Positions 53,020 through 61,852 of a stretch of 64,000 nucleotides of DNA are shown here, one piece after another (position 1 is the first letter of the stretch; each line of letters begins with the position of its first letter). A program made the translations under genes and the position numbers. Origin of the DNA: Coriobacteriaceae bacterium (GTDB lineage Bacteria; Bacillota; Clostridia; Oscillospirales; CAG-272); NCBI GenBank assembly GCA_963617165.1, contig CAVEOF010000001.1, positions 3,006 through 67,005 of the forward strand, in the 5' to 3' direction. The notes under the pieces are model-generated. The model was not told where the DNA came from and searched no databases. It saw only the letters and a program-made list of their open reading frames with translations.

Positions 53020-53961
53020 TTATATCTTGCGGCCGTAGCTATCATAGCGGGAGAGATACTTCCCGATCTCTTCGATGTAGAGGGACGCCATGCCGGAGGG
53101 AATACTGTTCTTCCTCTGAATGTATCCGACCTCCATGCTGCCCGTGGGGTTCTCGTCATCCGAGCGAAAGGGGACGGCAATATAGTCCGAGCCGTTCAGC
53201 TCCTCGCAGATGATCCCGGGACAAAGGGTATATCCGCCGAGACCGACCATCAGATTCAGAACGGTGGCACGGTCGCAGACCTTGATGGTGCGGGAATACT
53301 CGTTGGTGGAGAGGATCTCTTCCGCAAAATAAAAGGAGCTGTCCTCTCCTTGATCGTAGGAGATACAGGTATACTCGGTGAGCATATCGAAGGTGATCTC
53401 CTTCTCCTTCGCGAGTGGGTGTCCGCGCCAAAGATAGACGCACGCCTCACACCGAAGGAGGGGGTGAAACTCGAGACTTGCCGAGCGTAAAAGCTTTCCG
53501 ATCACCTGACGGTTGAGGTCCGAAAGTTGCAAAATGCCGATCTCGCTATATAATTTCGCGACGTCGTCAATGACCGAGCGGGTGCGGGTCTCGCGGATGG
53601 CAAACTCGTACTCATCGGTATCGGCATTTTTGACCGTCTCGACGAAGGCTTTGACGGCGAAGGAAAAGTGCTGCGTGGAGACGCTGAATTTTTTCTTATG
53701 GCTCGCGGTCTTTCCGTAATGCTCGAGCAGCTCGCGGTAGGGTTGATATACGCCCCTCGCATAGGCGAGGAAGTCCGCCCCCTCCGCCGTTAGGGTGACG
53801 CCCCGTCCCGTGCGGTGAAAGACCGTGATGCCGATCTCCCTCTCGAGGTCGCGGACGGCGCCCGTCAAGGAGGGCTGAGAGACATAGAGCTTTGTTGCCG
53901 CACGGCTGAAGGAGCCTGCCTCGGCAATGGTGATCGCGTATTTGAGTTGTTGCAGAGTCAT
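53020..53961 (-). CDS. LysR-family transcriptional regulator
   Basis: MTLQQLKYAITIAEAGSFSRAATKLYVSQPSLTGAVRDLEREIG is a wHTH region. The start is at ATG 53959-53961 after GAGGTG. Confidence 0.85.
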   Translation of the reverse strand: MTLQQLKYAITIAEAGSFSRAATKLYVSQPSLTGAVRDLEREIGITVFHRTGRGVTLTAEGADFLAYARGVYQPYRELLEHYGKTASHKKKFSVSTQHFSFAVKAFVETVKNADTDEYEFAIRETRTRSVIDDVAKLYSEIGILQLSDLNRQVIGKLLRSASLEFHPLLRCEACVYLWRGHPLAKEKEITFDMLTEYTCISYDQGEDSSFYFAEEILSTNEYSRTIKVCDRATVLNLMVGLGGYTLCPGIICEELNGSDYIAVPFRSDDENPTGSMEVGYIQRKNSIPSGMASLYIEEIGKYLSRYDSYGRKI

Positions 53962-53995
53962 AGACACCTCATAGGAAAAATTGATGGTTTCTTAT

Positions 53996-54024
53996 ATGAT
54001 ATCACATTTTCCTATAAGAAGCAA
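53996..54024 (-). promoter_or_regulatory. candidate promoter of the LysR gene (TTGCTT-17-TATCAT with TGn)
   Basis: Reverse complement reads ctcTTGCTTcttataggaaaatgTGaTATCATataag. Confidence 0.5.
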
Positions 54025-54034
54025 GAGGTTTGAA

Positions 54035-54069
54035 AATTATGAATTATGAATTAAGAATTAAGAATTAGA
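54035..54069. repeat. left AT-rich heptamer array (AATTATG x2, AATTAAG x2, AATTAGA)
   Basis: Read directly. It is the inverted orientation of the 54252-54300 array. Confidence 0.8.
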
Positions 54070-54073
54070 AGTA

Positions 54074-54182
54074 AGCCTTGCGTCGTTTTGAATAGAGCTT
54101 GCGTTTTGATTGCCCTTTCACTCCTTTCGGAGGGGCGGAACGAGGATTGCAAACGCAAGCTTTTTCAAAAACAAGCAAGGCT
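54074..54182. other. 109-nt extended imperfect hairpin (candidate structured RNA or MITE core)
   Basis: Pairings are AGCCTTGC/GCAAGGCT, GTTTTGAA/TTCAAAAC, AGCTTGCGTTT/AAACGCAAGCT and an apical CTCC-tttc-GGAG. Confidence 0.6.
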
Positions 54183-54251
54183 CTCATTTCATTCATAATT
54201 CTTAATTCATCATTATCCCTCGTCTGTCCGCCAACATATAAGCTTCGCACC

Positions 54252-54300
54252 AATTCTTAATTCATAATTCTTAATTCATAATTCTTAATTCTTAATTAAA
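54252..54300. repeat. right AT-rich heptamer array (AATTCTT/AATTCAT x about 7), overlapping the feoB stop codon
   Basis: Heptamers start at 54252, 54259, 54266, 54273, 54280, 54287 and 54294. A further short array lies at 54190-54210. Confidence 0.8.
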
Positions 54301-56434
54301 ACATCCTGTATATCGTCGTAACGAAAAAGCACAGGGCGAGCCCCAAGAGGAGGGGGAGGGCGAAGGCAAGGAGGGTATAGCGCAGGCTTCCCGTCTCGCG
54401 CTTTACGGTCAAGAGGGTCGTGGAGCACGGAAAGTGGAAGAGGGCGAAGAGTGTGGTCGTGATCACGGTGAGGGGCGTCCAGCCCGCATTCACAAAGATC
54501 TCGCGGATCTCGGCGACGGTGCCGACCTCGGCGAGGTTCCCCGTCGCGGTATACGCCATGAGCATTACGGGTATGACGATCTCGTTCGCGGGAAAGCCGA
54601 GGAAAAAGGCGATCAGGATCACGCCGTCCATGCCGAAGAATCTGCCGACGGGATCGAGGAATGCCGCGGCATACGAGAGAAGGCTCTGCTCCCCTACCGT
54701 GAGGTTGGAAAGGAGCCAGATCACGGCGCCCGCGGGAGCGGCGACCGCCGCCGCGCGTCCGAGCACGAAAAGCGTGCGGTCAAAGAGGGAGCGCACCAGA
54801 ACGCGCCCGATCTCGGGCTTCCGATACGGGGGAAGCTCCAAGGTGAAGGAGGAGGGCTCCCCACGCAGAAGCGTGCGGGAAAGAAGCCACGTCAGCCCGA
54901 AGGTGGCGAGCACGGACAGAAGGATCAGCGCGGTCAGAAGCAGCGCCACGGAGAGCGTCGTCCCCACCCCGCCGAGTGTCCCGACGAAAAAGAGGGACAG
55001 GAGGGTGATCATCATGGGAAAGCGTCCGTTGCAGGGCACGAGACTGTTCGTCAGAATGGCGAGCGTGCGCTCTCTGCCCGAGTCCATGATGCGACAGCCG
55101 ACAACGCCCGCGGCGTTACAGCCGAAGCCCATGCACATGGTCAGCGCCTGCTTCCCGCAGGCGCGGCAGGCGCGAAAGGGGCGGTCGAGGTTGTAGGCAA
55201 TGCGCGGGAGGTACCCCGCGTCCTCAAGAAGGGTAAACAGAGGAAAAAAGATCGCCATCGGAGGGAGCATGACCGAGACGACCCACGCGAGCGTGCGATA
55301 CACCCCGAGCACGAGAAGCCCGTGAAGCCACGCGGGCGCGCCGAGAAGTACGAAAAGATCGGTCAGGCGATCTTCCATATAAAAGAGCCCCGAGGACAGG
55401 AGGGCAGACGGGAGATTTGCGGCATAGACGGTGAGGAAAAACACAAAGCCGAGGAACAGAAGCATCAAGGGATAGGCGGTCCATTTCCCCGTCAGAAGGC
55501 GGTCAAGTCTCTCGTCCCGTCCCGCGGCGCGCCGCCTTGCCGTCCCGACGCAGGCGGAGGCGATCTCACCCGCGCGCTCGACGAGCGTACCAACGATCAT
55601 GTCGCGGTACATGTCGGTATCGATGCCCGCCATAAGTAGCAGTTCCTGCGCCTTCGCGACGGCGGATGAGATGTCCTCATCGGACAAAAGCTCTCGCCCG
55701 AGGAAGCTCTCCGCCTCGCGGATCAGGGGTTCGTCGCCTTCCAAAAGTCGCATGGAAAGCCAATGTATATTTACATTTTCGATATGTTTTTCGGATAGAA
55801 CGGAAACAACGTGTGCAACGGCGTCCTCGATCTCCTCATGGTATTGCGTCGCCGTCGGGTGGCAAAGCGCGGGGGCTCTGTCCACGGCATCGAGCGTTTC
55901 GCAAAGGGTGCGGAGCGTCGATTTTTTCCTCGCCGTCGTCCCGACCACGGGGACGCCGAGAATACGCGACAGGGCGGGAAGGTCGACATGCACGCCGCGC
56001 CTCCCCGCCTCGTCAAGGAGATTGACGCACACGACGGTGCGCTCGGTCACCTCAAGGGTCTGGAGGACGAGGTTCAAGTTACGCTCAAGGCAGGTGGCAT
56101 CGCAGACGACCACCGTCATATCGGCGCCGCCGAAGCATAGGAAATTCCGCGCGACCTCTTCCTCCGCCGAATGGGCAAGAAGCGAATAGGTCCCGGGAAC
56201 ATCCACGAGCGCATACGTGTTTCCCTTCGGGGAGGTCGTATATCCCATCGCGGAGGCGACGGTCTTCCCCGGCCAGTTCCCCGTGTGCTGATGCATCCCC
56301 GTCAGGGCGTTGAACACCGTGCTCTTCCCCACATTCGGGTTGCCCGCCAGTGCGACGGTCGGCACGCCGTCCCTTCCCTTCCGCGGTGCGTCGTCCACCG
56401 CGCCCCGTCCCACCGATTTTCTTGTCAGCCCCAT
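54296..56434 (-). CDS. feoB: ferrous iron transporter FeoB
   Basis: VALAGNPNVGKSTVFNALTG G-domain plus a polytopic C-terminal domain, 712 aa, with GGAG upstream. Confidence 0.9.
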   Translation of the reverse strand: MGLTRKSVGRGAVDDAPRKGRDGVPTVALAGNPNVGKSTVFNALTGMHQHTGNWPGKTVASAMGYTTSPKGNTYALVDVPGTYSLLAHSAEEEVARNFLCFGGADMTVVVCDATCLERNLNLVLQTLEVTERTVVCVNLLDEAGRRGVHVDLPALSRILGVPVVGTTARKKSTLRTLCETLDAVDRAPALCHPTATQYHEEIEDAVAHVVSVLSEKHIENVNIHWLSMRLLEGDEPLIREAESFLGRELLSDEDISSAVAKAQELLLMAGIDTDMYRDMIVGTLVERAGEIASACVGTARRRAAGRDERLDRLLTGKWTAYPLMLLFLGFVFFLTVYAANLPSALLSSGLFYMEDRLTDLFVLLGAPAWLHGLLVLGVYRTLAWVVSVMLPPMAIFFPLFTLLEDAGYLPRIAYNLDRPFRACRACGKQALTMCMGFGCNAAGVVGCRIMDSGRERTLAILTNSLVPCNGRFPMMITLLSLFFVGTLGGVGTTLSVALLLTALILLSVLATFGLTWLLSRTLLRGEPSSFTLELPPYRKPEIGRVLVRSLFDRTLFVLGRAAAVAAPAGAVIWLLSNLTVGEQSLLSYAAAFLDPVGRFFGMDGVILIAFFLGFPANEIVIPVMLMAYTATGNLAEVGTVAEIREIFVNAGWTPLTVITTTLFALFHFPCSTTLLTVKRETGSLRYTLLAFALPLLLGLALCFFVTTIYRMF

Positions 56435-56446
56435 CGTGTTTTCTCC

Positions 56447-56677
56447 TCACAGAATACAAACTGTCGCCGCATCCTCCGAGCGAATGGCGATCACCGCGCC
56501 GCGGATCCGATAGGCGGCAGGATCTCCACACGGGCTCCTTCCCACACACTCTACCGACGTCCCCTCCACCAGTCCGATATCGAGAAATCGGCGGCGCATC
56601 GCGCCCGCGGTAAAGAGCCCCCGCACACACGCACATTCGCCGGGGCAAAGCTCGGATAACTTTCGGAATCCTTTCAT
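56447..56677 (-). CDS. feoA: FeoA family protein
   Basis: 76 aa, MKGFRKLSELCPGECACVRGL...IRGAVIAIRSEDAATVCI (SH3-like FeoA), with GAGGAGG upstream of ATG 56675-56677. Confidence 0.8.
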   Translation of the reverse strand: MKGFRKLSELCPGECACVRGLFTAGAMRRRFLDIGLVEGTSVECVGRSPCGDPAAYRIRGAVIAIRSEDAATVCIL

Positions 56678-56821
56678 CTTGGGTCTGTTTCCTCCTCGGG
56701 TACGGGCATTTTCCGACAGGGTCGGCATCCCTTCTCTTTTTCTTCCGGTGCCGTGCTACGGCTCCGATAGTCAGTGTATGCCGCGAAAGAAAAACGCGTT
56801 CCGCCTCACATATTTCGGGAA

Positions 56822-56876
56822 AAGAAAAAAGCGAAGCGCGCGGCTCTGTACCGCAATACATGCCGTGCGCTTCGCT
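56822..56876 (-). terminator. intrinsic terminator ending the DUF1538-PII-pyk-cls-HAD transcription unit
   Basis: mRNA strand reads AGCGAAGCGCACGGC...GCCGCGCGCTTCGCT followed by TTTTTTCTTTT. Confidence 0.7.
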
Positions 56877-56948
56877 GATTTTGTGAAGAATGATTTACAT
56901 TTATATCGCCGCCAAGATTTTACGAAGAAAAGCATCTCGCGGGAGAAC

Positions 56949-57131
56949 GGAAAATTTATTTCTCCGAGAGATTCATTCTCTCCGAAGATCGAAAAAGCGA
57001 TTTCTCCGAGCAGTCCCCTTCGATCTCGCCGAAGATCGGAAAACCGATTCCTCCGGGCAGATTCCCTGCAAACATTCCGAAGATCGAAAAACTTATTCCT
57101 CCGAGCAGATCCCTGCGATCTCGCCGACGTC
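56949..57131. repeat. four tandem units of about 42-48 bp; the last unit is the 3' coding end of the HAD gene
   Basis: Units are 56949-56990, 56991-57037, 57038-57085 and 57086-57131, with core GAAAAnnnATTYCTCCGRGCAGnnCCC...CCGAAGATC. Confidence 0.75.
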
Positions 57132-57893
57132 GCGGAGAATGTAGGTCGGGCGGTAGGGGAATTTCGAAACGCCCTCGGCGTCGGTGACGCCCGAGAGGAC
57201 GAGGACGGTATCCATCTCGCTCTCGATGCCCGCGATGATGTCGGTATCCATGCGGTCGCCGATGATCGCGGCGTCCTCACGGTGACAGCCGAGCTTCTTC
57301 AATGCGTGGCGCATGATCAGAGGGTTCGGCTTTCCGACGAAGTACGCGCGCTTGCCCGTGGTCATCTCGATCGGAGAGATGAGGGCGCGGCAGGCGGGGA
57401 CGATCCCCTCCTCGGAGGGACCCGTGATGTCGCTGTTCGTCCCGATGAGCTTCGCGCCACGGAAAACGAGGCGCACCGCCTTCTCGATCTTCTCGTAATT
57501 CAGCGAGCGGGTCTCACCGAACACGACGTAATCGGGATTGACATCGTTCATGCTGAAGCCCGCCTCGTAGAGGGCGTAAGTCAATCCCGGCTCGCCGACG
57601 ACGTACACCGAGCCGTTCGGACACTGTCCCGCAAGGAAGGAAGCGGTGGCAAGGGCGCTCGTGTAAAAGTGATCTTCCCCGACCTCGAGCCCCATGCGCC
57701 CGAGCTTCTGCGCGAGCTCACGCGGAGAGCGCTCCGAGCTGTTGGTCAGAAAGAGGAAATCCTTCTTCTCCCGATTCATGAAATCGACGAATTCCTTCAC
57801 GTGCGGGATGATGCGGTTCCCGTGATAGATCACGCCGTCCATATCGCAGATATAGGCGGTCTTCTGTCTTAATTTTGTAAGGTCCTGTGCCAT
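57093..57893 (-). CDS. HAD-IIA family sugar-phosphate/nucleotide phosphatase (NagD-like)
   Basis: AYICDMDGVIYHGNRIIP...LFLTNSS... and ...IGDRMDTDIIAG. ATG at 57891-57893 follows GAAGGAG. Confidence 0.8.
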   Translation of the reverse strand: MAQDLTKLRQKTAYICDMDGVIYHGNRIIPHVKEFVDFMNREKKDFLFLTNSSERSPRELAQKLGRMGLEVGEDHFYTSALATASFLAGQCPNGSVYVVGEPGLTYALYEAGFSMNDVNPDYVVFGETRSLNYEKIEKAVRLVFRGAKLIGTNSDITGPSEEGIVPACRALISPIEMTTGKRAYFVGKPNPLIMRHALKKLGCHREDAAIIGDRMDTDIIAGIESEMDTVLVLSGVTDAEGVSKFPYRPTYILRDVGEIAGICSEE

Positions 57894-58038
57894 GGCTTGT
57901 CTCCTTCGTTGCAAATGAAATGCGGTTTTCGGTATTTTATGTCCGTCCGTGCTCCCGTACCGGCGATGCCGTCCGAGGTGTCTTTGTCATACCCCGTCTT
58001 GACGCGGTAGGTGCTGTCGAGTGTGACAGAAGTTAGGA

Positions 58039-59574
58039 TCACAGAAGGGGCGCGAAAATGCGGATACCGTCGCGGAGCACCTTCTCGAAGAAGGAGAGCC
58101 CCGCCTCCTCCATCGTGACCTTATGCGAGTCGGCGACGGTCGAAAGGTAGGAATCCCGCGCAAAAATGACGGTCGGAGAGCCGTACATCCATACGGCGTC
58201 CTCAAAGTGGTGTGCAAAGCTCCGATAATCGAAGTTGACGGTGCCGATGACGGCATAGCGGTCGTCCGAGACGAGCAGCTTCTCGTGAATGAAGCCCGGG
58301 GTGTACTCGTAGATCGCGACGTCCGACTCCATGAGGTGGGGGTACGCACTCTTTGTCATGAGGTAGACGAGCTTCTTGTCGGGGATATGCGGTGTGACGA
58401 TCCTGACGTCGACGCCGCGCTTTGCAGCGTGGCAGAGCGCCTCGGTCAGATCGAAGTCGATGATCAGATACGGAGTCGTAATGTAAACATAAGATTGCGA
58501 TTGGTTGATAATATCGATGAATGCGTCCTTGCCGGTCGAGCGCTTGTACATCGGATAGGGACCGCTCCCGAAGGGGATATAGTAGCCGCCGTCCGACTCT
58601 GCGGGACGCACCGAGGCAAGATAATCGTCGGTCTTCGTCACGCTCCTTGCGGCAAGGTCGAAGTTCGCGAGGAAGAGGCGGAGCAGTGCCGCGACCGCGG
58701 AGCCCGTGACGCGGATACCGCCGTCCTTCCAATGCCCGAAGCGTTCCTTTTTATTGATATATTCGTCGGCGATGTTGATGCCGCCCGTATAGGCGACCCT
58801 TCCGTCGATCACGAGGATCTTTCTGTGGTCGCGGTTGTTGTGCGCGGCGGTCGCCTTCGGCGTGATCCTTCCGAAGCGATGGCAGTCGATGCCCTCCTCG
58901 CGCAGAGTCCTGTCATAGTGGCTCGGCAACGTACTCATACAGCCGATGTCGTCGTAGATCATGCGGACCTCGACGCCCGCGGCGATCTTTTGCAGCAGGA
59001 TCTCATGGATCCCGCGCCACATTTCCCCGTCTTCGACAATGAAAAATTCAAGGAAGATATAGCGCTCGGCGCGGCGCAGATCGGTCAGCATGGCATGGTA
59101 CATGTCCGCCCCCTCGGGATAGATATGCGACTGCGTATCGGCATAGACGTCGGCAAGGGGATCGTCGGAGAGGATCGCCATCGCCTTTCCCGCCGCGGCG
59201 GGAGACTCCTTCGCCAGCTCGTTGAAAGGATCGCGGCTCGCCTGCGGGCCGAGTCTATGTACCCCGACGACCTTTCTCATGTGGCGCGTCTCCTTGCGGG
59301 AGAGGCGCCGCCTGTAAAAGACGATGTAGAGGACAAGACCGAAGATGGGGAGCACCGTCACCACGACGATCCACGAGACCTTATACTCGGGGTTTACCTC
59401 GCGGTTGATGATGGCGACGAGCGCACCGATGTGTAACAAAAGAATGAGGATCAGCCAGATCGGCGAGAGCGTCGCGAGATTCGACAAAAGGACGGAATAG
59501 AAAGCAAGCTCCAAAAGAATGGCAATCGCCGACACCGTATAACGGGAAAAGAAAATACGGCAAAGCTTTCTCAC
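58039..59574 (-). CDS. cls: cardiolipin synthase (GTG start)
   Basis: Two HKD motifs (HRKILVIDGRVAYTGGINI and HEKLLVSDDRYAVIGTVNF) and N-terminal TM helices. GTG at 59572-59574 lies 6 nt after AAGGAGG. Confidence 0.9.
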   Translation of the reverse strand: MRKLCRIFFSRYTVSAIAILLELAFYSVLLSNLATLSPIWLILILLLHIGALVAIINREVNPEYKVSWIVVVTVLPIFGLVLYIVFYRRRLSRKETRHMRKVVGVHRLGPQASRDPFNELAKESPAAAGKAMAILSDDPLADVYADTQSHIYPEGADMYHAMLTDLRRAERYIFLEFFIVEDGEMWRGIHEILLQKIAAGVEVRMIYDDIGCMSTLPSHYDRTLREEGIDCHRFGRITPKATAAHNNRDHRKILVIDGRVAYTGGINIADEYINKKERFGHWKDGGIRVTGSAVAALLRLFLANFDLAARSVTKTDDYLASVRPAESDGGYYIPFGSGPYPMYKRSTGKDAFIDIINQSQSYVYITTPYLIIDFDLTEALCHAAKRGVDVRIVTPHIPDKKLVYLMTKSAYPHLMESDVAIYEYTPGFIHEKLLVSDDRYAVIGTVNFDYRSFAHHFEDAVWMYGSPTVIFARDSYLSTVADSHKVTMEEAGLSFFEKVLRDGIRIFAPLL

Positions 59575-59602
59575 GGGAGACCTCCTTTTTTCGCTTTTTC
59601 GG

Positions 59603-61024
59603 TCAGTCGACCGTCTGCACCTTCAAAAGGTTGGTGGTACCCGATAGATTCAGCGGGACACCCGCGGTAATGACGGCGCGATCCCCCGCCTTGGCAAGTC
59701 CGACCTGCTTTGCGCAATCGATGGAATGAAGGAAGAGGGTTTCCGTGTCGCTCTGGTAAAGAGAGAGAACGGGAAAGACACCCCACGAAAGCGAAAGCTG
59801 ATGATAGGTCTTCTCCTCGGGTGTGGCGGCGAGAATGACTTCGTGCGGGCGGAATTTCGAAACGCGACGGGCGGTGGCTCCCGATTTCGTCACGGCGATG
59901 ATGATCTCGGCGTGAAGGTCGCGGGCGGTAGTAACGGCGGCGTCGCAGATGGCGTTGGTGAGATCGGTCTCGTCGATGTCACAGCTGAGGTTACGGTAGG
60001 CGTCCATCTCAAAGGCATCATACTCCGCCTGCTCTGCGATCTTCGCCATCGTACGGACGACGAGCGCAGGATGATCCCCCGCGGCGGTCTCGCCCGAGAG
60101 CATGACCGCACTCGTCCCGTCAAAGACGGCGTTGGCGACGTCGGTGATCTCGGCACGCGTCGGCGTCGCCGAATGGATCATGGACTCAAGCATCTGCGTC
60201 GCGGTGATCACGACCTTGCCCGAGCGATAGCACTGACGGATGAAGCGCTTCTGAATTCCGGGGAGCTTCTCGAATTCGATCTCGACGCCCATATCGCCGC
60301 GGGCGACCATGATGCCGTCGGAATGTTTCAGGATCTCCTCAAAGTTCTGTACACCCTCGATATTCTCGATCTTCGAGATGATGCGCACGGAATGTCCGCC
60401 GTGATAGTTGAGGAAGTTGCGCAGGGCGATCACATCCTCCTTCCGTCTGACGAAGGAAGCGGCGACAAAGTCTACGTTCTCTTTGACGGCAAAGAGAAGA
60501 TCCGCCTCGTCCTTTTCACCGATATAGGGCATCTCGATCGGGTGGTTCGGCAGGTTGATGCTTTTTCTGTCCGAAACGACGCCGCCGATCTCGACCAGAG
60601 TGACGACCTCGGTCTCCGTCGTCCCCGTCACGCGAAGCGCGACGCGTCCGTCGTCGATGAGGAGCCTCACCCCTTCTCCGACCTGTGCGGGAAGTCCCGC
60701 GAAATTGATATAGGCGCGCTCGGCAGTGCCGACCGTCTCCTTCGTCGTGAGGGTGAAGGTATCTCCCTCCTGCAAGGTGACTCGCCCGCCCTCAAAGGTG
60801 CCGAGACGGATCTCGGGGCCCTTGGTATCGAGCATGACGGCGGCGGGAAGCTTCAGCCGGTCGCGGACGCGGCGGAAGGTATCGATCATCTTCTTATGAT
60901 AGGCATGATCTCCGTGCGAAAAGTTGAAGCGTGCGACGTCCATGCCCGCGCGGAGCATCTCCTCCATGGTTTTTTCGTCCGAGCACGCGGGTCCGAGTGT
61001 GCATACGATTTTGGTTCTTCTCAT
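59603..61024 (-). CDS. pyk: pyruvate kinase
   Basis: MRRTKIVCTLGPACSDEKTMEEMLRAGMDVARFNFSHGDH..., 473 aa. Confidence 0.95.
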   Translation of the reverse strand: MRRTKIVCTLGPACSDEKTMEEMLRAGMDVARFNFSHGDHAYHKKMIDTFRRVRDRLKLPAAVMLDTKGPEIRLGTFEGGRVTLQEGDTFTLTTKETVGTAERAYINFAGLPAQVGEGVRLLIDDGRVALRVTGTTETEVVTLVEIGGVVSDRKSINLPNHPIEMPYIGEKDEADLLFAVKENVDFVAASFVRRKEDVIALRNFLNYHGGHSVRIISKIENIEGVQNFEEILKHSDGIMVARGDMGVEIEFEKLPGIQKRFIRQCYRSGKVVITATQMLESMIHSATPTRAEITDVANAVFDGTSAVMLSGETAAGDHPALVVRTMAKIAEQAEYDAFEMDAYRNLSCDIDETDLTNAICDAAVTTARDLHAEIIIAVTKSGATARRVSKFRPHEVILAATPEEKTYHQLSLSWGVFPVLSLYQSDTETLFLHSIDCAKQVGLAKAGDRAVITAGVPLNLSGTTNLLKVQTVD

Positions 61025-61066
61025 TGTTTTTCTCTTTTCAAGCTGTGGTTATGTAACGTCTTCTTG

Positions 61067-61783
61067 TCATTCTTCCTCTTCGTCGGGAGAACCAATGCCG
61101 ACGACCTCGTCGACGGGGAGAGAGAAGATAATGGCGCCGCCCTCGGTTTTCAGTCCTGCGACATCACGCACGGCTTCCATGATCTTGCCCTTATATTCCT
61201 TCGTGGTGAGGAAGGTCAGCGTCTCGGTCTCCTGCTTTAAGGTCGTGCCGAGCTTTCCTTCCACGGCACGGTTGTTGACGGTACGGGTGTGCAGAATGGT
61301 ACCTCCCGTGGCGCCCGCCTCCCGTGCGGCTTCCACCGCGAGGTCGGAAAATTTCTGTTCTACGACGGCGATAACGAGTTCGTGCATGGTCTTCTTCTCC
61401 TTCTTTGGCTTCTGTGGATTCTTTTCGATTCTCTCCGCGCCGCTTAGGACGGCGCCCGAGATCAGACTGGAAATTCCCGAGAGGGGAGCGGTAAACGCCA
61501 CACCGCGCCCGGGGAGCGCGAGGCGAAGCTTCTTTCCGATGGCGGCAAGCACCGCCTTCTCGGCATTGTCGGGGATCAGGGTGAAAACGATCCGCTTCTC
61601 GATCTCGTCAAGACCGAAATAGCTGAGGTAGCTCGTGCGTGCCGTTCCGTTGCAGAGTCCCGACACGTGAAGTGCCGTACAGCATTCGTTGCAGGCATCG
61701 GTGTATGCGATCTCGTCCTCTTTGGCGATAATGCCGACGAGAAGCTTGACCCGACGCTCGTCGATTCCGTTTCTTTTAGCCAT
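61067..61783 (-). CDS. tandem P-II-like (GlnB-fold) signal-transduction protein, function unknown
   Basis: 238 aa in two halves. The second half, HELVIAVVEQKFSDLAVEAAREAGATGGTILHTRT...AIIFSLPVDEVVGI, is PII-like. The first half has the same beta-alpha-beta pattern. It sits immediately downstream of the DUF1538 gene. Confidence 0.6.
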   Translation of the reverse strand: MAKRNGIDERRVKLLVGIIAKEDEIAYTDACNECCTALHVSGLCNGTARTSYLSYFGLDEIEKRIVFTLIPDNAEKAVLAAIGKKLRLALPGRGVAFTAPLSGISSLISGAVLSGAERIEKNPQKPKKEKKTMHELVIAVVEQKFSDLAVEAAREAGATGGTILHTRTVNNRAVEGKLGTTLKQETETLTFLTTKEYKGKIMEAVRDVAGLKTEGGAIIFSLPVDEVVGIGSPDEEEE

Positions 61784-61852
61784 TATATCACCTCTGCCGC
61801 CCGTTTCATCACTTCGGTGAGCACGGGGGCATCTCCTTTCTTCTTCATAGGG

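Noticed and set aside
54065-54253. A 62-aa ORF (minus strand) inside the heptamer/hairpin element.
   Set aside because: It is generated by the arms of the long hairpin, has no SD and has odd composition. The nucleic-acid structure is the better explanation.
56883-56903. Fur-box-like sequence (TGAAGAATGATTTACA) near feoAB.
   Set aside because: It is only a partial match to the 7-1-7 TGATAAT-N-ATTATCA consensus. It also lies upstream of the terminator that ends the preceding operon, so it is on the wrong side to control the feoA promoter.
61783-61848. A 21-codon micro-ORF (MKKKGDAPVLTEVMKRAAEVI) between the DUF1538 and PII-like genes. It starts 4 nt after the DUF1538 stop and ends in a TAATG overlap with the PII start.
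   Set aside because: The arrangement is attractive (possible coupling peptide), but there is no SD and conservation cannot be checked here. The PII gene's own SD (AGAGGTG) lies within it, so it is more likely a spacer.
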